Shown here piece after piece: positions 27,326-36,297 of a stretch of 64,000 nt of DNA. The translations under genes were made by a program, and so were the position numbers. Position 1 is the stretch's first letter; each line of letters opens with the position of its first letter. Under the pieces are notes generated by a model. It was not told where the DNA came from, ran no database searches, and was given only the letters and a program-made list of their open reading frames with translations. Source of the stretch: Hyphomicrobiaceae bacterium. Its GTDB lineage: Bacteria > Pseudomonadota > Alphaproteobacteria > Rhizobiales > Hyphomicrobiaceae. The DNA lies in the NCBI GenBank assembly GCA_049116495.1, contig JAGDYV010000029.1, positions 3,040 to 67,039 on the forward strand, written 5' to 3'.

Positions 27326-27799
27326 CCGCGCTTAGTTCTTGAACAGTCGGCCATAATCTGTAGGCGTGGGATCGCGGGTGCTGTGCGTTTGTCTGGCGCT
27401 GCAACTGATGCTCGCCGCCGTTATGTCGCGCCCAACTATAGCTTTCGACTTGCTGCCCGAGGTGTCGATACTCAGTGTGTCGACGTCACGATACTGCTTG
27501 CAGCCAGTTGGAACTGCGCCTAGCAGCGACGAGGCTGAAATCCAGGTGTTTTTCATGTAGTCGACAGACTTTTTTTAACCATGCGCGTTAAACTGCAGGC
27601 TGGTGCAATTGAGGCAACGATCCATACTGATCGCTTCACAATCATCTGCGGTTTCTCAATTGGCACCAAAACGCCAAAGTCGAAGCTGACTGCATCGGAA
27701 GGTGCATGGCCACGAACGTTGCATTGCTCAATCTACGGCGACAGGTTCGTCGCAATGCAAGAATAACCAATTATATTCAATTGATTGAAGACCCGTACA

Positions 27800-28120
27800 A
27801 TGACAAGAACAACCCATCGCAAAACAAGAACATCTATCGTCAGACGGCCGATCGGCCGCACGATCCGAATAACAAAAAACCGCCGCTGCGTTCTGGATCT
27901 GCTCGAAGAATACGGGTGTCTGACGCGCTCTCAGATTACGACGGCGCTGCCTGAACGCGCGAACGGCATCTCACAAACACTTTCCGATTTGCGCGCGTTT
28001 GGATTTGTCGAACACCATCGCAACGGCTGCCCTCAGCAACACAGGTGGGGAATCACTGAGCGCGGCCGCAATGTTGTCAACGGCAACGAAACCATCGTTC
28101 GACGGGCCTATCTCCAATAG
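27800..28120 (+). CDS. Small winged-helix DNA-binding protein with a very basic N-terminus (MarR/PadR-like, tentative)
   Basis: 106 aa from ATG 27800 (a TTG at 27785 is possible). RRCVLDLLEEYGCLTRSQITTALPERANGISQTLSDLRAFGFVEHH...WGITERG resembles a wHTH. Confidence 0.5.
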   Translation: MTRTTHRKTRTSIVRRPIGRTIRITKNRRCVLDLLEEYGCLTRSQITTALPERANGISQTLSDLRAFGFVEHHRNGCPQQHRWGITERGRNVVNGNETIVRRAYLQ

Positions 28121-28212
28121 TTTGGAGCGGCTCGTTCATCTTCAGCCTTGGAAGAGCTCTTCAGCGGAACGAAGTTACCTTAGGCTGCTTCCGCCAATCG
28201 GCGGACGCACTC

Positions 28213-31200
28213 TCAAACCGCCTTCGCCGGATTGCCGTGCCAAAAGGATGTTGGCTTCGTTACGGCTCCTTTCATCAAGAATGCATCCGGCGCCAAAACG
28301 GAATTGGCGCCCATCGTCACGCCATAATGGACAAAGCCGGCCGGCCCAACCGTGCAGCCGTCTTCGATGACAATGCGATCTGATTTGTAGAGACCGTCTT
28401 CCAGCGAATGGCCTTGAATTGAACTACCGATATTGATGCAACAATTGTCGCCAATCTCGACCAACAATTTTTCGGAGATTCCTGCTCCGCCTTCATAAAC
28501 TTTGCGTCCAATTTTCAACCCAATCAGACGCAGCAACATCGGCCGGAACGGTGTGCCAGGGAATGCATACTTGACGGCCGTCTCACTGAGCTTCCAATGA
28601 CGCTCCACCCACCAGAAATAGGAATCGTGAATCGTGCATTTATTCGCGCGCATGCAAAAGCCGGCGATGCTCATTCGCTCCACAATAACACCATGCGCAA
28701 TAACCCACGTCGGCGCCAATGCCGCGCCGACAACGGCGGCCCAGTTCCCAATCGCGTCGTAGGTTGCCGCAGCTCCCGCAACAATCAACATCAGACCGAA
28801 CATCAAGGTCCATTGCGCTAGCAGATGCAACAAGGCCGTTCGCAAGTTGAAAGCGTTCTTTGCGGCAAGTCGCTCAAGTTCTGCGGCGCTCGTCGGCACC
28901 GGATTGAAACGCTGAACGTTGACGACTTCGCGCGGAATTTCAAAGGCGGGAGATCCAAGCAGACCGGTATTCTCCCGCACTTCACCGTCAACTGGCACCA
29001 TGGTCTTCGTGCCAATAAGGCAGTTATTACCCAGTCGCGACTGCGGCGTAAACACGACCGTATTGCCAACGAAACAATCACTTCCGATACGGCACGGTGC
29101 CATCCGGAAGGTGCCGCTTCCGACCTCGAAATTGATAATCGTCACACCGTCGGAGATCATCGAGCCTGAGCCGATTTCAACGTCGGACGGAGAGTCGTAG
29201 GCCATCCATATACCGAAGTTTGACCCCGTTTGCTTGACGTTCGGCTGACGTACACCAACCCAGCTCAAGTAATGCACGATCGCCGAACTGTCGCCGAAGA
29301 GTCTTTGGAACATGGCCGAATGTCCGAGCCAGCCGAGTAGTTGAGCAATGAAGTAATGGAACCCGTAGAGCGGATACACTTTGCCTGGCACCAACAGCAG
29401 CCGCAGCAACCGCGGCGCCGACACATGCAATAAGAATGCGCCCAAATAGAAACCCATAAACATGAGCAAGGAAGCGCCGAAAACTTGCCCAAATGAGAAT
29501 GCGACGAGCCGCTCTGCCGTTGCGTCACCCGTCGCCACGGTGGCGGCCGCCAACGACAGAAGTGCTGTCGCTCCACCGAGCACCATAAGTAACCTGGCAG
29601 TCGCAAACAGCGTCCGCCTCAATCTTGAAGTGGCATGATGCGGTAGATGGCGAAATTCCGTATCTGTTTCTTGCGCAGGCGAACCATGCCAACGTTCGCC
29701 TGCTGGGATTGATTGCCCATCCAGCAACGTGGAAGCATGTCCAAGCTGGCCGTCATCGCCGATCTCGGTATTGATATCGATCAGAGACATTTCACCGACA
29801 AGCGCACGGCGGCCAATGGAAATCGGACCAATCTCGATGTAGCCGTTCTCGGCGCGGTAGCCCGTCATGAACGAAGCCTTGCGAAATACCGCGTAGTCGC
29901 CGATCTGTAAAAGGTCCGTTGCGATTGGCAGCCTGTCGGCGAGGATCAGCGCGCCATCGCCGATCTTCGCACCCAGCAATCTAAGGTAGACGTTGTATAG
30001 CGCCGTCCCGCGAAACGCCATCCACGGACTGAAGGTCATGAGTTCCTGAACCACCCAGAATCGGAAATAGTGTGTGCTCCAGATCCCAAATCGGCCCGGC
30101 CGCCAGCGTCCGATGATAAGCCATTTGGCAGCGATTGGGGTCGTCATTGCGAATAACAAGACCGCCGCAGCAAATACGAACGAGCGGGCTACAATCCCGA
30201 CGAGATCACCCGCACCGCTCGCCCACCAGACCCCGAGCCCGATCAATGCGAGATTTAAGGCGTATTGGCAGGCGTAAAACGCTGCTTGCATGGTGCCGCA
30301 AACCGCGTGTTCCATATCGCTGGCCACGTGAGCCGGCTCAACAACTCGACCTGCGCCTGTCGCTTCATTGCGTCGCGACTCAATCTCATTGGCCAGCAAT
30401 GCCACACTCGGGGCCAAATACACATCGGAAATTGCTGCTCCGCTGTCTGGCAAGCGCGTCGATAAATCGGCCACAAACTGTGCCATCAACAGTGAATGTG
30501 CGCCGAGATCATCAAAGAAATGATCTTCTACGGACACGACATTGAGCCTCATCGTGTTCGCCAAGCAATCCGCGACAATTTTCTCCGTTTCGGTTCGCGG
30601 CTCAACAAACTTGCCTGAACGCGACACCAGTCGCGGGCCATTTGGCGCCGGCAACGCTTTGCGGTCAGCCTTGTGGCTGGCAAGCAGCGGCATCTCATCA
30701 AGCTCTTCGACGTAGGCCGGCACCATATATCCGGGTAACCGACTACGTAAGATCTGAACCAATTGCTCCTGACTGAGGCTCACATCGGTATCAAAGCGCG
30801 TGTAGTAGGCGGCCAATTCAACCAGTCCCGGCTCGGCCTCAAATGTTGTTACGACGGCCTGAGCAATACCGCCCACTTCAAGCAAGACGTTCTCGACTTC
30901 GGCGAGTTCAATTCGATATCCGCGAATTTTGACCTGAGTGTCAATTCGTCCGAGATACTCTATCTCTCCGTCGCGATTAATTCGCCCCAGGTCGCCGGTT
31001 CGATAAAGGCGTCGGGACGGATTGTTCGCAAGATGCAGAAAGTCTGGCACAAATGCGTTGGCTGTGAGTTCGGGCCGGTTGACATAACCCTGGGCCAATC
31101 CGATGCCAGCAATCGCAATTTCACCAACCGCTCCATTACCGGTCAAAGCATCTCGCGCGGGGTCCAGAATCGCGACTGTGTAAGTCGGCAAAGGCACGCC

Positions 31201-32250
31201 TATCGTCACGGGCTTGCCGGGCTCAACTTCTGTCCACGTTGCCGTTACCGTCGCTTCGGTGGGGCCGTACGCGTTGAGCATCCGCCTTCCCGGCCTGTGC
31301 CACCGCGAGACGATATCCGGTGGGCACGCCTCGCCCGATACGAGAAGCAGGCGCAGCGCCGGCAATTCATCGTCCATCGTCGCGAGCAGCGTCGGCACAC
31401 AGCACATCGCAGTGATCCGCTGCTCTGCCAGAAATGCCGCAAGGTCTTCCCCGACCATCTGCCGATCGGCCGGCGAAGGAACCAGCGTTGCTCCCGAAAT
31501 GAGCGGCACCCATAATTCTTCGACGGAGAAATCAAAGGCGAGCGTCATGCCCTGATAGACGCGATCATTGGGCGTATATCCATAGACCTCGGCTGCCACG
31601 CTGACGAAATTGCAGATGCTTGAGTGATTGACTGCGACCCCTTTGGGCCGCCCGGTCGATCCAGATGTATAGATGATGTAGCAGAGTGCGTCGGCCGCCC
31701 GCTCAATCACTGCAACATCGAGTGGTACACCAAGATGCTCACGCGCCGCCTGAGAAGCAGACTCGAGCTCAAAAATCGGCAATCCCACACCGGAAACCAG
31801 AGACCGTGCCGCCTCGGTCGTCACGAAGGCCTTGATGCCAGCATCACCTGCAATGAACGCTATACGATCGCTGGGGAATTTGGTGTCGAGCGGAACGTAG
31901 CAGGCGTCAATCTTCAGTACTGCCAGGAGCGCAACGTAAGATGCCACCGAGCGATCGACGATCAACCCGATGCGATCACCCGCACGATAACCTTCGTTCA
32001 GAAAGAAACGGGCCATTTGATTGGCGCGGCGGTCAAGCTCCGCAAAACTGATATGCTCGCCGTTGACGTCGATTGCAACTTGGTCTCCGCCGAGTGCACA
32101 CCGGCGCTCGAACAGCTGCTGAAGCCGATCACCGGCTTGCCATCGGATCGCATGATCGAACCCGTCAGCAATCAGGATTTCGCTTGTGGCAGTGCCCAGT
32201 TCAGTCTGCCGCTCTGGAGGCGGTCGAATAATTGCATGAATGTCGCTCAT
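28213..32250 (-). CDS. Pls/PosA-family single-module NRPS-like polymer synthetase: adenylation and thiolation domains plus a membrane-embedded C-terminal region with three hexapeptide-repeat (LbH) blocks
   Basis: 1345 aa. A-domain cores YIIYTSGSTGRPKGV, NAYGPTEATV, YRTGDLGR, GRIDTQVKIRGYRIELAEVE, SHKADRKAL. T domain FFDDLGAHSLLMAQF. Three LbH-like blocks follow (GAKIGDGALILADR..., VEIGSGSMISDGVTIINFEVGSG..., LKIGRKVYEGGAGIS...IGDNCCINIGSSIQ...), separated by multiple hydrophobic TM segments. There is no canonical C, E or TE domain. This is the architecture of epsilon-poly-L-lysine synthetase. Confidence 0.85.
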   Translation of the reverse strand: MSDIHAIIRPPPERQTELGTATSEILIADGFDHAIRWQAGDRLQQLFERRCALGGDQVAIDVNGEHISFAELDRRANQMARFFLNEGYRAGDRIGLIVDRSVASYVALLAVLKIDACYVPLDTKFPSDRIAFIAGDAGIKAFVTTEAARSLVSGVGLPIFELESASQAAREHLGVPLDVAVIERAADALCYIIYTSGSTGRPKGVAVNHSSICNFVSVAAEVYGYTPNDRVYQGMTLAFDFSVEELWVPLISGATLVPSPADRQMVGEDLAAFLAEQRITAMCCVPTLLATMDDELPALRLLLVSGEACPPDIVSRWHRPGRRMLNAYGPTEATVTATWTEVEPGKPVTIGVPLPTYTVAILDPARDALTGNGAVGEIAIAGIGLAQGYVNRPELTANAFVPDFLHLANNPSRRLYRTGDLGRINRDGEIEYLGRIDTQVKIRGYRIELAEVENVLLEVGGIAQAVVTTFEAEPGLVELAAYYTRFDTDVSLSQEQLVQILRSRLPGYMVPAYVEELDEMPLLASHKADRKALPAPNGPRLVSRSGKFVEPRTETEKIVADCLANTMRLNVVSVEDHFFDDLGAHSLLMAQFVADLSTRLPDSGAAISDVYLAPSVALLANEIESRRNEATGAGRVVEPAHVASDMEHAVCGTMQAAFYACQYALNLALIGLGVWWASGAGDLVGIVARSFVFAAAVLLFAMTTPIAAKWLIIGRWRPGRFGIWSTHYFRFWVVQELMTFSPWMAFRGTALYNVYLRLLGAKIGDGALILADRLPIATDLLQIGDYAVFRKASFMTGYRAENGYIEIGPISIGRRALVGEMSLIDINTEIGDDGQLGHASTLLDGQSIPAGERWHGSPAQETDTEFRHLPHHATSRLRRTLFATARLLMVLGGATALLSLAAATVATGDATAERLVAFSFGQVFGASLLMFMGFYLGAFLLHVSAPRLLRLLLVPGKVYPLYGFHYFIAQLLGWLGHSAMFQRLFGDSSAIVHYLSWVGVRQPNVKQTGSNFGIWMAYDSPSDVEIGSGSMISDGVTIINFEVGSGTFRMAPCRIGSDCFVGNTVVFTPQSRLGNNCLIGTKTMVPVDGEVRENTGLLGSPAFEIPREVVNVQRFNPVPTSAAELERLAAKNAFNLRTALLHLLAQWTLMFGLMLIVAGAAATYDAIGNWAAVVGAALAPTWVIAHGVIVERMSIAGFCMRANKCTIHDSYFWWVERHWKLSETAVKYAFPGTPFRPMLLRLIGLKIGRKVYEGGAGISEKLLVEIGDNCCINIGSSIQGHSLEDGLYKSDRIVIEDGCTVGPAGFVHYGVTMGANSVLAPDAFLMKGAVTKPTSFWHGNPAKAV

Positions 32251-32260
32251 CTCAAGCGGT

Positions 32261-33547
32261 CTACTCAGCCGCTGTCAGTGAGGTAGTCGCACCGCGTGAT
32301 CGCATAACGGCAGCGACGGCAAGCTCGATGCCATCAAGTCCACGCGTTACTTCCTCGTCATCTATCACCAATGGTGGCAATAATTTCAGGACCTGGTCAC
32401 TGGACCCCGTAGTTTCAGCAATAACACCAAAGCGGAAAGCCTCCTTAGATACTTCTCCGGCAATCGCAGCGTCGTTCCAACCAACCCCCAACATCATTCC
32501 ACGACCGCGTACATGGGCCCCTTCGAATGGGTGACGTGCCACGATGGTTTCAAGTCGCTCCCGGATGTGCTGCCCGCGGCGCCTGATGGTCTCGCCAAAC
32601 GCTGGATCTCGCCAGAACTCCAAGGCTGCCGCTGCCGCAACGAATGCCAGGTTGTGGCCTCGGAATGTGCCGTTGTGCTCGCCAGGAGCGAGTACGTCGA
32701 GATCAGGCCGGAATAACACGAGCGCCATGGGCAAACCCATGCCACCAATGGCCTTAGAAAGACAAACGATATCTGGCGTAAAGCCCATATCCTCAAAACT
32801 GAAAAAAGTTCCGGTACGGCCACACCCAGTTTGGATGTCGTCGACAATCAACAAAGCCCCGTGTTTGGCTGCAATAGCCGCGATGGACTGAAGCCATTCG
32901 GCCGAAGCGACGTTGAGGCCGCCTTCCGCCTGTACCGTCTCGACAATAATCGCGGCTGGAGCGTCAAGCCCGCCCCCGTCATCCGATAGCATCTGGTCGA
33001 GGAGGGCTGCGCTGTCGAGGCCATTTGCATAGCCTTCATAGGGCATCCGCGAGACACCCGCGAGCGCGATGCCTGCACCTTCTCGCTTCCTGCGCGTTGC
33101 CGACGCCGCGAGGGCGCCTGCAGTCATGCCATGAAAACCGTTGGTAAAGGCAATGATGTTCTGTCGCCCGGTTGCACGCCGCGCGATTTTCATTGCTGTT
33201 TCAACGGCATTGGTGCCCGTTGGGGCCGGAAATGTGACTTTGTAATCTAGCCCGCGTGGTTTCAAGACGATTTCACTCAAAGCTTCGATGAATGACCGTT
33301 TCGCAACCGTATACATGTCAAGCGCATGGATTACGCCGTCACGCGCCAGATATTCCATCACCGCGCTTTTGATCGCCGGATTACTATGGCCGTAATTGAG
33401 CGTGCCGGCGCCGGCGAGAAAATCGGTAAACCGGTTTCCCTCCTCGTCCATCATAGTCGCGCCGTTAGCACTTTCAAAAACTGCTGGAAAATTTCGGCAG
33501 TAACTCCTGACCCGAGCTTCGTGCTTCTCAAAAACTTGCGTTTTCAT
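32261..33547 (-). CDS. Diaminobutyrate--2-oxoglutarate transaminase (EctB/Dat/PvdH-like class III PLP aminotransferase)
   Basis: 428 aa. FEKHEARVRSYCRNFPAVFESANGATMMDEEGNRFTDFLAGAGTLNYGHSNP closely follows the characteristic EctB/Dat N-terminus. PLP-Lys region DIVCLSKAIGG. It ends 10 nt upstream of the synthetase start. Confidence 0.8.
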   Translation of the reverse strand: MKTQVFEKHEARVRSYCRNFPAVFESANGATMMDEEGNRFTDFLAGAGTLNYGHSNPAIKSAVMEYLARDGVIHALDMYTVAKRSFIEALSEIVLKPRGLDYKVTFPAPTGTNAVETAMKIARRATGRQNIIAFTNGFHGMTAGALAASATRRKREGAGIALAGVSRMPYEGYANGLDSAALLDQMLSDDGGGLDAPAAIIVETVQAEGGLNVASAEWLQSIAAIAAKHGALLIVDDIQTGCGRTGTFFSFEDMGFTPDIVCLSKAIGGMGLPMALVLFRPDLDVLAPGEHNGTFRGHNLAFVAAAAALEFWRDPAFGETIRRRGQHIRERLETIVARHPFEGAHVRGRGMMLGVGWNDAAIAGEVSKEAFRFGVIAETTGSSDQVLKLLPPLVIDDEEVTRGLDGIELAVAAVMRSRGATTSLTAAE

Positions 33548-34315
33548 ACGCTCTCATGTCCTTCACAAGTCGTGTCAGCGCTTATCAGTTCGCGACTTAT
33601 CACTCAAACAATCGCCTCGACGATCAGGTTTTCTGAACAGCAATTCAAGTTCTATACCATCATACTGCGTCTCTATTCTATTACATTACATGAAGGATAC
33701 CGCGACACACTTCTCTGTGACGCGTACTCCGTCCGTGCCACGTTGCCGCATTCGCGATGGCGACCACCTTCAGGCATGGAGCCGGCGTCCAATTGATGAA
33801 GCTGACACAGCGGGTTGAAGTAGGTTTTTGATTGCGAGGCAGCTTTGCTTGATTAGAGCTTGTGATGTGGGCTCTATATACGTTGTCATGACGTTTGAAC
33901 GAAAAGCACACACGCGCCATAGTTAACATTCCCTCCGGTTAACAACGTTCCTCGCCAGATTTCGGATCACCTTGAATTGGCGTCAGCCTCGGGTCGATCA
34001 GCGGGTCGCCCCAAAAGGCTTTCGAGTTGGTTCTCCGCCGCAGATGAAGTATCAATTCATGTCGAAAAACGCCCGGAACAATGGCCCTGCCGAGTTTCCT
34101 GCATTCAGCGAATGAGCGCTCGGCTTGCATTTTTTCCGAACTGCAATAATGCCGAGTGAGCGCATCTCGGAGCGGCGATTTGGACAGGTTCTTGCAGGTC
34201 CCGACTTTGATACACATCAACATCTCACGACGGTTAACTATTGAAATATAATTTATAATTCAGCATTGTCGCTGCGTTGTATTTCAGTTGAGTTCGTACT
34301 GGTGGAGTCTAGCGG

Positions 34316-35674
34316 ATGACGCGCGACAAACTGTTGGTCATAGGCGCCGGTCCTGTTGGACTTGCCATGGCTGACGCGCTTAAACAGAGCGGCATGGCTT
34401 ATGATCACGTCGATGCGAACTCTGGCATCGGCGGCAATTGGCATGACGGCGTTTTTGACAAGACGCATATCGTTTCATCCAAGTCGACAACCGCATATAG
34501 CGACTATCCCATGCCGCCTGACTATCCGGACTTTCCGAGCGCACGTCAGATGCTCGCTTACCTCAAGCGCTATGCACTGGATCGAGGGTTGACCGGCACG
34601 ATTGAATTGGAAAAAAGTGTCACCCGGCTGACGCCCAACAAAGATGACAGCTGGCACGTCACATTTGAAGGCGGCGAGAGCCGAACCTACAAAGGCGTCG
34701 TCGTGTGCAACGGGCATCACTGGGCGAAACGATACCCAGACATTCCGGGCAAGTTCTCCGGAAAACTCATTCACTCGAAAGACTACCTGCGATCCGATCA
34801 GTTGATCGGCAAAAAGGTCCTTGTCATTGGTGCTGGCAACTCGGCGCACGATATTGCTTGCGACGCAGCGCGTGTCGGCGATTCATGCGATATGAGCTTG
34901 CGGTCGGGATATTGGTTCATGCCGAAGACCGCATTTGGCAAGCCTCTCACCGACCTCCCCATCTGGTGGCTGCCGGTGCCGATACAGCGTCTCATCCTGC
35001 GCGGGATCATCAGAGTAGTGATTGGCGACTATCGCAGCTATGGGCTGAAGCGGCCCAATCACAAAATCTTCGATCGCCATCCAACCTACGGTACCGATCT
35101 TTTGAATTATCTACGTCTGGGTCTTGTACGCCCCCGAGACGAGATCGATCACTTCGATGGCGGCACCGTGCACTTCAAGGACGGTACAGCCTCAAAGTAT
35201 GACATCGTAGTGGCTGCAACCGGATTCGACTACAGCTTCCCGTTCTTGCCGGAGGGCCTGATCGACGTGCAGAACGATGTCGTGCAGGTCTATGGCGGTG
35301 CCTTTCCCGACAAAGTAAAGAATCTCTACATCGTCGGCGCCTCACAGGCACGTGGTGGCTTCGGCCGGCTCATAACACCTGCCGCCAGACTCTACGCAAA
35401 GATGATCAAGCTTCAGGACGAGATGAAATTTCCAATCGGCGCCGTCTTGAAGTGGCGGAACAACCCGATCCCCAAGACGCACCTTCTGGACACAGAGAGC
35501 ACGCGCCGCCGCATCGCCATCTCCCATTGGCTATTGCGGCTCCTGAAACTGCAGGACAAGCGCATGGCCAGGACAGTCGAGCGCGAATTCTGGGAACCAG
35601 AGCTGACGACCAACACCTCCTCGAGCGTTGACACACCGGCTTCTGATACAGACAAGACTGTTGCCCGCCACTAG
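34316..35674 (+). CDS. Flavin-containing monooxygenase (class B, FAD/NADPH two-dinucleotide-binding)
   Basis: LLVIGAGPVGLAMA (FAD GxGxxG), GGNW, and VLVIGAGNSAHDIACD (NADPH GxGxxA). 452 aa. Confidence 0.8.
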   Translation: MTRDKLLVIGAGPVGLAMADALKQSGMAYDHVDANSGIGGNWHDGVFDKTHIVSSKSTTAYSDYPMPPDYPDFPSARQMLAYLKRYALDRGLTGTIELEKSVTRLTPNKDDSWHVTFEGGESRTYKGVVVCNGHHWAKRYPDIPGKFSGKLIHSKDYLRSDQLIGKKVLVIGAGNSAHDIACDAARVGDSCDMSLRSGYWFMPKTAFGKPLTDLPIWWLPVPIQRLILRGIIRVVIGDYRSYGLKRPNHKIFDRHPTYGTDLLNYLRLGLVRPRDEIDHFDGGTVHFKDGTASKYDIVVAATGFDYSFPFLPEGLIDVQNDVVQVYGGAFPDKVKNLYIVGASQARGGFGRLITPAARLYAKMIKLQDEMKFPIGAVLKWRNNPIPKTHLLDTESTRRRIAISHWLLRLLKLQDKRMARTVEREFWEPELTTNTSSSVDTPASDTDKTVARH

Positions 35675-35741
35675 TCTGCACATCTCAAAGGTTGCGGGCC
35701 GGAGCATCGACCGAGAAATCATCAGCGCTGCCGGACAGATA

Positions 35742-36008
35742 TCAGAGCTTCTGCTTGATTTCTTCGATCTTGCGCGCCTGCCACTGACGGATGAAGTCGG
35801 GCTGCCCTCCGAATACGATCAGACCGTGGCCGAGAACTCCGGCGCCCCAGCCAAGCAACGGCCACTGCACCCACCAAACTTGGCCCGCGAATAGGTTGAC
35901 GGACAGCAAAACGGTCATGACGACCACATATACAGCCAAATGCATGTAGAACCCGGTGATGGCTTCGACCCGCCTTTTTGCGAGCGTGAGCTTTTCATGT
36001 TCGTTCAT
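35742..36008 (-). CDS. 2TM-domain small membrane protein
   Basis: 88 aa. Two hydrophobic helices (FYMHLAVYVVVMTVLLSVNLF and WPLLGWGAGVLGHGLIVF) after a KRRVEAITGFY segment, as in 2TM-domain proteins. Confidence 0.65.
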   Translation of the reverse strand: MNEHEKLTLAKRRVEAITGFYMHLAVYVVVMTVLLSVNLFAGQVWWVQWPLLGWGAGVLGHGLIVFGGQPDFIRQWQARKIEEIKQKL

Positions 36009-36297
36009 CTAGTGATCTCCTACGCATGCTCCCGCGAAATAGTTCGCCTGACAATGCCGACGACAATCGTCTCGTGAAGCGCGTCTGTATGACATTGCTC
36101 TACATCAATTCGTTCTGTCCCATGGATATTGCGGACCATCCGGTTAACGATTACGCCTGGAAATCCATGGGCGTCGATGCAAGATTCAAACTGAAAATGA
36201 TCTCTGATGCATTGCGGCGTGTGACGTCGTACAATTGTCTTGAACCCGGTTACCGTCTGCGACGGCCGCAGCCGACCCGCATACATGGGAGCATGAC

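Noticed and set aside
27332-27560. Overlapping small ORFs on both strands: 74 aa (minus), starting MKNTWISASSLLGAVPTGC, and 64 aa (plus).
   Set aside because: The lipoprotein-like start has a poor lipobox (Pro at -3) and no SD. The two ORFs mutually overlap, and neither has other support.
30763-32286. Plus-strand ORFs of 250 aa (30763-31515) and 220 aa (31624-32286).
   Set aside because: They are antisense to the adenylation domain of the Pls-like synthetase. They have no motifs or SD and are typical shadow ORFs of GC-rich coding DNA.
33939-34223. 94-aa minus-strand ORF with a partial Zn-ribbon-like pattern (C-x5-C...RDALTRHYCS).
   Set aside because: The last Cys of the expected YCSxxC motif is missing, there is no clear SD and I recognise no family. 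It is treated as a possible gene remnant, not an annotated CDS.
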